Translations under genes and position numbers: made by a program
Part shown: positions 57,167 through 64,000 of the stretch, piece by piece
How the letters are laid out: each line of letters starts with the position of its first letter
Numbering within the stretch: the first letter of the stretch is position 1
Source of the DNA: Myxococcota bacterium
GTDB lineage: Bacteria > Myxococcota > XYA12-FULL-58-9 > JABJBS01
Direction: 5' to 3'
Assembly (NCBI GenBank): GCA_036339465.1
Contig: JAYZAY010000030.1
Location: forward strand, 1 to 64,000
Length of the DNA: 64,000 nucleotides
Notes under the pieces: generated by a model
What the model was told of the DNA's origin: nothing
Database searches by the model: none
The model's input: only the letters and a program-made list of their open reading frames with translations

Positions 57167-59470
57167 ATGGCGGTTGAAAAAGTTGATGCAAATCTCCCTC
57201 GGATGACCCCGGTGGGGCAGGAGTCCGCTCAGGAAGTTGCCCAAGAGGCATCAGCGGATGACGCGAAGCGGCGTAAACAAGTTAAGAAAGAAGTAGGAAA
57301 GGCCCAAACCCAGGAACTTGAAGTCTACGAAGAAACCTTCAACCGAACTGAGTCAAAATCCCAACGGAAACTACAAAATGTGCTCGGTAAAAGTGCCCCA
57401 GAGACACAGCAGGCCCTTAATACGCTCAATCAGCTTCAGGGCAATAGGAAGCTGAATAATGCCCAGCGTCAGCTCTTTGAAAATGCCTTGACCAAGAATC
57501 CTGAGAAAGCCGCAAAGAGTGTGCAGGTTTTTGAGCGATTGTCGCAAACCGAAGGCTTTAATACCGCAGTGACGGACCGAGCCATGGTCACCACTTTGGC
57601 ACAGGAAGTGATTGAAGAGCCCTCAATTGAAGAGGCAGCAAATGAGCTTTTTGAGCAGTCGTTTCTGCGTGAGAAGAAAAACGATAGCAAAACCCAAAAG
57701 GACGCGTTTAAGCATTATCTCAGTCAATTTAAGAAAGGTGGGACGGAAAAACTCGGTATGAAAGCCGAGTTTGATATGCTCCAATCGGTGAGTCAGTCAG
57801 GGGTATCGAAGGAGGCAGTTAGGGCTTCTTATGAGGTAGCGAGAAGCCCCAGTGGTGGGGAGAGTGGGCTCGAAAACATTGACTCCTTTGTGAAGTCGGT
57901 AGCACCGAAGCTAACGAAACCAGTTGCAAGTGAAGGTGTTATTACTCTTTCCAAGGCGCGGGGTGATGGAGAAGTAAAAGCATCGCTTAATTCGATGGCA
58001 GATAACGCAACTTTTCAGAAGCAGTCGCCATCTGTGCAGGTCACGGCCTTTAAGAATTCATCAATAGGCAAAACGACCAGCGATATTCGGGCTATGACCG
58101 ACCTAAATCTAAAGGTTATGCAGAATGGCAATTTGCCGGACCAGCAATCGCAAGTGAAAAACCTCCTCAACCGTGTGGCGGATAAAGCAAGAAAAGAGGG
58201 GGCGAGTCAGGTTGACGTAGGCGCGGAAGTTAAGCGAGCTAAGCGGGAGAGTCCCTTGGAGGGATTGGACGGTCCACTTGATTTGGAATCAACTGAAGGT
58301 TTATCTGAAGAGCAAGCGAGACGCGTTCGCTCCCGAAACCGAGCGAAGATCATTAGTCGATACCAGGCTATTCAAGGGAAGTTGGATGGCCTCAAAAAGA
58401 ATGTTGGAAAAGCGAAGTGTCGGGAGGATATTTCTGAAGCTTCAACCGATCACCGAAAGCTGAAAAACCTTAAAACAGTTTTGGAAGGCCATCACTTGGA
58501 AATGACCGAGCCCGATGATCTTGCCTTGGTAGAAGGTAAGCAGCAAAAGCTTTTAGGGGATTATGAGGCCCTTGGAAAAGAGATACGTAAGAAGAATAGA
58601 AGCTTAAAAGGGTCGAAGCGCCGAAGACAATCTTCGCGTGCTGCGGGGACAGAGACCAAGACGGCTAAACAAGGTAAAGCATATTTTAAGGCGAATGCTT
58701 CCGAAACGAACCAACTTAAGGCATTCATGAGCGGCGCCCCAGTTTCAGGAGGGTCGGGTGGTGAGACTGGCCCAGCTTTTCGCGGAGAGGCAGATATTGC
58801 CTCACAAGTAGCTGAAGCAATGGCCAAGTTGAAAGGGGGGCCTGTGACTCAAGAGGTCGCCTCACAAGTCGCCACGGCGATTGCGTCAAAGGTGGCTGAG
58901 CAAGTTGCTGGAGAAGTGGCACGACAATTGATGGAGGGAGCCGCACCGACGGGCGCTCGGCAATCAAAGCCGGAACCGGATTCGGCCTCAAAGTCAACGG
59001 TTCAGGGGAAAACAAATGACTGGGGGATGCCCCTGGGCGGCGGACAAAAGGATTTAGGTGGAGGCCGTCCTGGTGGCACGGAGCAGAAGTCATTCCAAGA
59101 GGCCTGGGAGCATCCCGCCGCGACTGACCGAGCTGTCGCAAACACCCTGCCGGTTTCCGGTAAGAGCTGGGTTGACCCCAGTGATCCACCGCGCTCACTG
59201 ATGGGGATCATGGATTGTAGTTGGAAAGCTCTAAAACCCGCTGAACGTCAGATGCTGCGGATGCTGGGATGGGAACTCCAGCGGTGGAATGCCCGTGAAA
59301 GTGTTGATTGGCCTCCTGCGATGAAGACTCAATGGGAAGATCTCTCCGAGAATGAGCAGCAGGCTGTTGGTCAGCTTGGGGTTAGTCGTTCCGATTGGAA
59401 CATGCGGGCTCGAAGTCTAGAGTCGGCAGGCAAGAAAATTGGTGCGATGTCCATGGGGCGGAATGCTTAG
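57167..59470 (+). CDS. Hypothetical protein (767 aa, no Sec signal; candidate T3SS-type substrate) with C-terminal Trp repeats
   Basis: GAGG RBS; long helical Q/K/E/S-rich ORF; two WxxLxxxExxxxxxLGxxxxxWN repeats. Confidence 0.8.
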   Translation: MAVEKVDANLPRMTPVGQESAQEVAQEASADDAKRRKQVKKEVGKAQTQELEVYEETFNRTESKSQRKLQNVLGKSAPETQQALNTLNQLQGNRKLNNAQRQLFENALTKNPEKAAKSVQVFERLSQTEGFNTAVTDRAMVTTLAQEVIEEPSIEEAANELFEQSFLREKKNDSKTQKDAFKHYLSQFKKGGTEKLGMKAEFDMLQSVSQSGVSKEAVRASYEVARSPSGGESGLENIDSFVKSVAPKLTKPVASEGVITLSKARGDGEVKASLNSMADNATFQKQSPSVQVTAFKNSSIGKTTSDIRAMTDLNLKVMQNGNLPDQQSQVKNLLNRVADKARKEGASQVDVGAEVKRAKRESPLEGLDGPLDLESTEGLSEEQARRVRSRNRAKIISRYQAIQGKLDGLKKNVGKAKCREDISEASTDHRKLKNLKTVLEGHHLEMTEPDDLALVEGKQQKLLGDYEALGKEIRKKNRSLKGSKRRRQSSRAAGTETKTAKQGKAYFKANASETNQLKAFMSGAPVSGGSGGETGPAFRGEADIASQVAEAMAKLKGGPVTQEVASQVATAIASKVAEQVAGEVARQLMEGAAPTGARQSKPEPDSASKSTVQGKTNDWGMPLGGGQKDLGGGRPGGTEQKSFQEAWEHPAATDRAVANTLPVSGKSWVDPSDPPRSLMGIMDCSWKALKPAERQMLRMLGWELQRWNARESVDWPPAMKTQWEDLSENEQQAVGQLGVSRSDWNMRARSLESAGKKIGAMSMGRNA
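59222..59401 (+). repeat. Tandem 23-aa Trp repeat (37-aa period) within the 767-aa ORF
   Basis: WKALKPAERQMLRMLGWELQRWN (59222-59290) and WEDLSENEQQAVGQLGVSRSDWN (59333-59401). Confidence 0.8.
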
Positions 59471-59487
59471 GGCGCAGAAATCTTGAA

Positions 59488-59976
59488 TCAGACGCTCTGG
59501 GTGTGAAGACTCAAAAGCAATTCTGCTCGTTGTACCCAAGGTCCGTACTCTGGAACCTCGCCGGCGATTTGAAGGACCACTCTAAGGTCTTCTAAGCCGG
59601 AATCAGCATTTTTCGATAAAATATGAGATTCGCCGCGATAGACGTAACTTACTACGTCATATTCATCGTTGGCTATGGCCATGTCGTACGCCGCTATGGC
59701 TTCATGATAGTCTTTGAGTTGTTGATTTACGGCTCCCAACGCACGCCAGTAGTGTGCGGTATAGGGGGCATAAGCTGTTAGCCCCGTGAAAATATCTTTG
59801 GCAGCATCATATTTTCCATAGGTGAAAAAATTATATCCCAATGCATATATGGTCTCCATTTCCTCATCGCTAATGCCTTCAAGTTCTTGGAGCGTAATGA
59901 GACCGTTCATAAATCCATGAATCATGAATTCCAGGTATTGCGCCGCCGTTGTTTCTATTTCAGTCGCTTGAACCAT
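59488..59976 (-). CDS. SycD/LcrH (CesD/IpgC/PcrH) family class II type III secretion chaperone, TPR
   Basis: F..G..TL.EL.GISDEEMETIY.LGY.FF..GKY..A..IF..L....PY...YW.ALGA..Q..K.Y.EA...Y..A; acidic, about 160 aa. Confidence 0.88.
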   Translation of the reverse strand: MVQATEIETTAAQYLEFMIHGFMNGLITLQELEGISDEEMETIYALGYNFFTYGKYDAAKDIFTGLTAYAPYTAHYWRALGAVNQQLKDYHEAIAAYDMAIANDEYDVVSYVYRGESHILSKNADSGLEDLRVVLQIAGEVPEYGPWVQRAELLLSLHTQSV

Positions 59977-60084
59977 AGACAAGTTATACCCAACACGGGG
60001 CTACGGCGCCAGTCTCTAGAATAGTTTCGAAGTCCTTTTGAGTCTGCATTTCCGGGGGAAGGGGGAATGCCATACTAAAAATCC

Positions 60085-60813
60085 CTATGGTTCGAAATGT
60101 GTTGCGTGGAGCATGGGGAGAGAGGCGGCAAGAAGCGCAGCGGTTTCGACGCGAAGGGTGGTTTCAGTAAGGCGCAGTGAAGTGAAGCCCTTTTGGCCAA
60201 ACTGTTCTAATTCATCATCGGTGAATCCGCCCTCTGGTCCAATAGCAATAAGGATGGAATCGAGTTTTCCTATTTCCTGGAGCTTAAGTGAGATATCATG
60301 AGGCTCCGGGTGACAGAAGACCGATGTCACGTTTGGATATTTCGTCAGTAATGAATTGAAACTAACGGGTGTGTCAAGAATAGGAACACGGCAATGGCCG
60401 GATTGTTCGGTGGCGGAGCGCGCGATCTTTAGGAGCCGTTCCCGTTTACCTCGGATTTTTTCTAGTGATGTTACCGTCCGATGCGTTTCCATAAAAATAA
60501 TTTCGTGACAGCCCAACTCGGCCAGTTTTTGAACGATCCATTCAAGCCTGTCGTTTTTAGGGGGCGGCAAAGCGATTCGAACCAGGCACTGAGGCTCCCG
60601 AACCAGTTGGATCGGGCCGACGTGCGCAGTTGTTTCGTTTTTCTTAACTTCGAACAGCTTTGCAGTTCCGATGCGTCTCTGGTCATCAAAGACTTCGATT
60701 TCCTCCCCTGGGGAAAGTCTGAGAACCCGAGTCAGATAGTGGCTTTGCTCTCGCGGCAAGACAATTTTTCCCGTCTGAATTTCAGGTAGCCATAAGTATC
60801 TTTTTTTGGACAT
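60085..60813 (-). CDS. rsmE: 16S rRNA m3U1498 methyltransferase RsmE
   Basis: HYLTRVLRL, K.DR.EWIVQKLAELG, A.EQS, IGPEGGF, LRVETA. Confidence 0.96.
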   Translation of the reverse strand: MSKKRYLWLPEIQTGKIVLPREQSHYLTRVLRLSPGEEIEVFDDQRRIGTAKLFEVKKNETTAHVGPIQLVREPQCLVRIALPPPKNDRLEWIVQKLAELGCHEIIFMETHRTVTSLEKIRGKRERLLKIARSATEQSGHCRVPILDTPVSFNSLLTKYPNVTSVFCHPEPHDISLKLQEIGKLDSILIAIGPEGGFTDDELEQFGQKGFTSLRLTETTLRVETAALLAASLPMLHATHFEP

Positions 60814-60894
60814 ATCTAACTCTTTGAACTCCAGGGTTTCTTAGGCCAATGAAGAGGCAGTTGACAATAGAATAGGAGCATTCTAGTTCGAAGC

Positions 60895-62292
60895 ATGAGT
60901 GAAAAATTGGCTGTTGTAATTTTGGCGGGTGGTGAGGGGAAAAGAATGAAATCCTCTTTACCGAAAGTTTTACACCCCTGCGCGGGGCTTCCCCTCCTGG
61001 AGCATGTGATTCGAATAGGTAAGGGGCTGAAGGCGGAAAGAGTGGAAGTTGTGGTGTCTCCCGGTATTAAGGAGCAATGTGACTTTTTGGCCGATCGGTA
61101 CCCTGACCTGGCGATTGGTTTCCAGGTTCAGGACCAACCCCTGGGTACAGGCGACGCTCTGAGGGTTGGACTCGAAGGGCTCAAAGGCTTTCGAGGGAAC
61201 ATTTTGGTACTGATGGGGGATGCCCCTCTTTTTAGCAAGCAGACTTTGAGTGAATTGACAAAACTTCGACGAAAACACGACCTTGTTTTTCTGTCTACTC
61301 GTTTGGGTGACCCTACGGGCTATGGTCGTGTGGTGCGGAATGAAAATGGATGTATCACTGAGATAATTGAAGAGCGTGATGCGAGCGCGACTATTCGAGA
61401 TATTCACGAAGTGAATGCGGGAATCTATTATGCTTGTTCGGAGTTATTCAGGAAGGGACTCAAAAAACTTAAAACAAACAATGCACAAGGGGAATATTAT
61501 TTAACAGATATCGTCCCATATGCAGCTTCAGGGGGACAAGTGGGCGCGTTTTGTGTGCCGAATTCGGATGAATGTTTAGGGGTTAATTCTCAGGAGGACC
61601 TGGCGAGGGTGGAAAGACTTTATCGCGCTAGGTTTATACAGGGGCTTCAAGGTAAGGGGGTCCGATTCCTGGATCCCGAAGGTACTTTTATCGATGCCGA
61701 TGTGAATATTGCGAAAGATGTTGTTATTGGTGTGGGGGTTCAACTTCGGGCCGGAACTCGGATTAAGGTAGGTGCGGTCATTGAAGGACCCACGGTTTTG
61801 GAGGATACGACCGTTGGTCAAGGGGCCTATATATATCCTTTTACCCACGCTTTGGGGGCGGTTTTAGAGGCAGGTGTTAGCGTGGGGCCATTTGCCCGAT
61901 TGCGGCCCGGTACCGTTTTGAAGAGAAACTCGAAAGTGGGTAACTTTGTCGAATTAAAGAATACCACGCTGGGGAGGGAAGCCAAAGCAGGGCACCTTGC
62001 TTATCTTGGTGACGCTGAGATTGGCAGCTCCTGCAACATTGGTGCGGGAACCATCACCTGCAATTACGATGGTACCCATAAGCATAAGACGATTATGGGA
62101 AGAGGCGCTTTTGTGGGGTCGAATTCAACGTTGGTTGCACCGGTAGTGCTAGGAAAGAAATCCTATATTGCCGCGGGATCGGTTATTACCAAGGATGTTG
62201 GGGATGAATCGCTGGCATTTGGGCGTACGCGCCAGGTCGAGCGGCTAAACTATGCTCGAAAATATCAAAAGACGAAGAAAATCAAGGAATGA
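60895..62292 (+). CDS. glmU: Bifunctional UDP-GlcNAc pyrophosphorylase/GlcN-1-P acetyltransferase
   Basis: LAGGEGKRMKSSLPKVLH, LGTGDA, GYGRV, NAQGEYYLTD, GPFARLRP, GNFVELK, CNYDG. Confidence 0.98.
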   Translation: MSEKLAVVILAGGEGKRMKSSLPKVLHPCAGLPLLEHVIRIGKGLKAERVEVVVSPGIKEQCDFLADRYPDLAIGFQVQDQPLGTGDALRVGLEGLKGFRGNILVLMGDAPLFSKQTLSELTKLRRKHDLVFLSTRLGDPTGYGRVVRNENGCITEIIEERDASATIRDIHEVNAGIYYACSELFRKGLKKLKTNNAQGEYYLTDIVPYAASGGQVGAFCVPNSDECLGVNSQEDLARVERLYRARFIQGLQGKGVRFLDPEGTFIDADVNIAKDVVIGVGVQLRAGTRIKVGAVIEGPTVLEDTTVGQGAYIYPFTHALGAVLEAGVSVGPFARLRPGTVLKRNSKVGNFVELKNTTLGREAKAGHLAYLGDAEIGSSCNIGAGTITCNYDGTHKHKTIMGRGAFVGSNSTLVAPVVLGKKSYIAAGSVITKDVGDESLAFGRTRQVERLNYARKYQKTKKIKE

Positions 62293-62295
62293 GAT

Positions 62296-64000
62296 ATGTG
62301 TGGTATTGTTGGATACGTGGGGTCTGAGTTTTCTGTGGATTATGTGGTTGAGGGGCTTAAAAAGTTAGAGTATCGGGGTTATGATTCGGCTGGTGTGGCT
62401 GTCAATTGTGGTTCGGAAATTACAATCAGGCGTAAAGCCGGAAAACTTATCGAATTATGCGACCATTTAAGGGTTGAGCCCATTAAAGGGCGCTGCGCCA
62501 TTGGGCATACCAGATGGGCGACTCACGGCGCTCCAACCGACGTGAATGCCCACCCTCATATGGCCGATGACGTCGTGTTGGTCCACAACGGAATAATTGA
62601 GAATTACCGAGAGCTAAAAATGCAGCTGGAATCAGCCGGGCGTGTTTTTACAAGTCAGACCGACACTGAACTCTTGGCCCATCTTGTTGCGATTACTGAA
62701 GGAGAGACCTTGGAAGTACGCCTTTCTAAGGCCCTTACGAAAGTGCGCGGTGCCTATGCTCTGGCGGTTATGTCAATTCGAGATCCCGGAAAAATTGTGG
62801 CAGCGAAAAATGCATCGCCTCTGATCTTGGGGCTTATGGAGAATGCGACCATGCTGGCATCAGATATTCCCGCTCTCCTTTCCCATACTCGGGAAATCAT
62901 TGTTTTGGAGGAAGGGGAGATGGCAGTGATAGAGGCAGGGGAGATCGCTATTTCCTCTTTGGAATCTGGTGAGTCTGTGAAACGAAGTCCCACTCATATT
63001 GAGTGGTCTCCTGCGATGGCTGAGAAAGGTGGGTATAAACACTTTATGCTCAAGGAGATTTTTGAACAGCCTAGGGCGATCTCTGATACTTTGAGGGGGC
63101 GTCTTGGCGAGGTGGGGCCGTCTATAGAGTTGGAAGCGAACCTCCATCTTCCTGAGGATATACGTCGCGTTTTTATTACCGGTTGTGGGACGAGCTGGCA
63201 TGCGGGGCTCTGGGGCCGTTTGTTAATCGAAGAGTTTTTCGGCTTGGGGTGTGAGGTGGAGCTGGCGAGTGAGTTACGTGACCGGGCTCCGTTGATAGGT
63301 AAAGATACTGTTCTTTTGGCCATTAGTCAGTCTGGTGAAACCGCGGACACGCTGGCTGCGGTTAAAGAGGCGAAACGAATGGGGGCCACCATTTTTTCAA
63401 TCGTAAATGTGCTTGGAAGTTCTATCGCGCGGGAATCTGATGCTGTCATGTATACGAATGCTGGTCCCGAAATCAGCGTCGCTTCTACCAAGGCGTTTAT
63501 GACGCAAGTCGGCGCACTTACTCTTTTGGCACTTGCCTGGTCGAAACAGAGAAGAGGCAATTCAGATGCGATTTCAGAGCTACTCCAAGGGTTGAGACAA
63601 ATGCCCCGGCTATTGGAAGCTATGTTGGGGGATTCAGAGAAGCTCAAATCCATTGCCCAGGTATTGGCTCGAAAAAAATCGGTTCTCTATTTGGGTAGAG
63701 GCTTCAGTTACCCAATTGCATTGGAAGGAGCCCTTAAGCTTAAGGAGATTTCTTATATTCATGCAGAGGGCTATGCTGCGGGAGAGCTGAAGCACGGTCC
63801 AATTGCATTGGTTGAACCAGGATTACCGGTGGTTTGTGTATGTCTTGAGGGGCTACTTCACGAAAAGACTCTTTCCAATATTGAAGCAGTCTTAGCCAGA
63901 GGGGCAACTGTGGTGGGGGTTGGAGTCGAGGGCGATGAAGAGCTATCTCGAATATGTAGTTGGATGATTCCTGTACCACGTACGCACCCGATCATCATGT
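62296..64000 (+). CDS. glmS: Glutamine--fructose-6-phosphate aminotransferase (partial, runs off the window; not in ORF track)
   Basis: Manual translation MCGIVGY...LEYRGYDSAG, GHTRWATHG, HNGIIENY, SQSGETADT, VASTKAF, EGALKLKEISYIHAEG.AAGELKHGP. Confidence 0.97.
   Translation, partial: MCGIVGYVGSEFSVDYVVEGLKKLEYRGYDSAGVAVNCGSEITIRRKAGKLIELCDHLRVEPIKGRCAIGHTRWATHGAPTDVNAHPHMADDVVLVHNGIIENYRELKMQLESAGRVFTSQTDTELLAHLVAITEGETLEVRLSKALTKVRGAYALAVMSIRDPGKIVAAKNASPLILGLMENATMLASDIPALLSHTREIIVLEEGEMAVIEAGEIAISSLESGESVKRSPTHIEWSPAMAEKGGYKHFMLKEIFEQPRAISDTLRGRLGEVGPSIELEANLHLPEDIRRVFITGCGTSWHAGLWGRLLIEEFFGLGCEVELASELRDRAPLIGKDTVLLAISQSGETADTLAAVKEAKRMGATIFSIVNVLGSSIARESDAVMYTNAGPEISVASTKAFMTQVGALTLLALAWSKQRRGNSDAISELLQGLRQMPRLLEAMLGDSEKLKSIAQVLARKKSVLYLGRGFSYPIALEGALKLKEISYIHAEGYAAGELKHGPIALVEPGLPVVCVCLEGLLHEKTLSNIEAVLARGATVVGVGVEGDEELSRICSWMIPVPRTHPIIM

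Noticed and set aside
1..64000. CRISPR arrays, tRNA/rRNA genes, IS elements/integrases, a glmS ribozyme or attTn7 insertion
   Set aside because: None recognised by eye. glmU-glmS are 3 bp apart, leaving no ribozyme space, and the glmS 3' end lies outside the window.

Overview
Chromosomal origin region of a bacterium with roughly mid-range GC. A Myxococcota/deltaproteobacterial affiliation is inferred from gene content only (bactofilin near parABS, DUF4175-like plus peptidase-MA pair, Cys-rich type IV pilins, SycD-type chaperone). The left part is the replication/partition core: recF (in-frame TAA, runs off the window), dnaN, oriC, dnaA, then rpmH-rnpA-yidD-yidC-jag-lspA-lgt, a bactofilin, mnmE-mnmG, two parS sites and rsmG-parA-parB. 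oriC lies between dnaA and dnaN and carries a Bacillus-type basal unwinding module (DnaA-trios plus tandem DnaA boxes). Two apparently intergenic stretches look like eroded genes: a TIGR03960-like B12-binding radical SAM gene (about 15.7-17.1 kb) and a weaker tmk-like remnant (about 33.1 kb). The middle holds housekeeping and envelope genes: GT4, aroE, ribF, lpdA, peptidase MA plus DUF4175-like, a hybrid PAS kinase, a sulfatase-like protein, two PPIases, moaC, hemD, ccsA-hemA, ctaB with a degenerate ABC ATPase, PilZ and nfeD-floA. The most unusual part is 45.6-60 kb. It has a type IVa pilus minor-pilin/adhesin operon (pilV-W-X-pilY1-fimU) with an 1840-aa multi-module PilY1, then a predicted outer-membrane barrel. 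Two signal-peptide-less unknown proteins follow and converge on an orphan SycD/LcrH-type type III secretion chaperone. This is a candidate chaperone-substrate module for contact-dependent secretion. The window ends with rsmE, glmU and a partial glmS. No rRNA, tRNA, CRISPR array or transposase was recognised.
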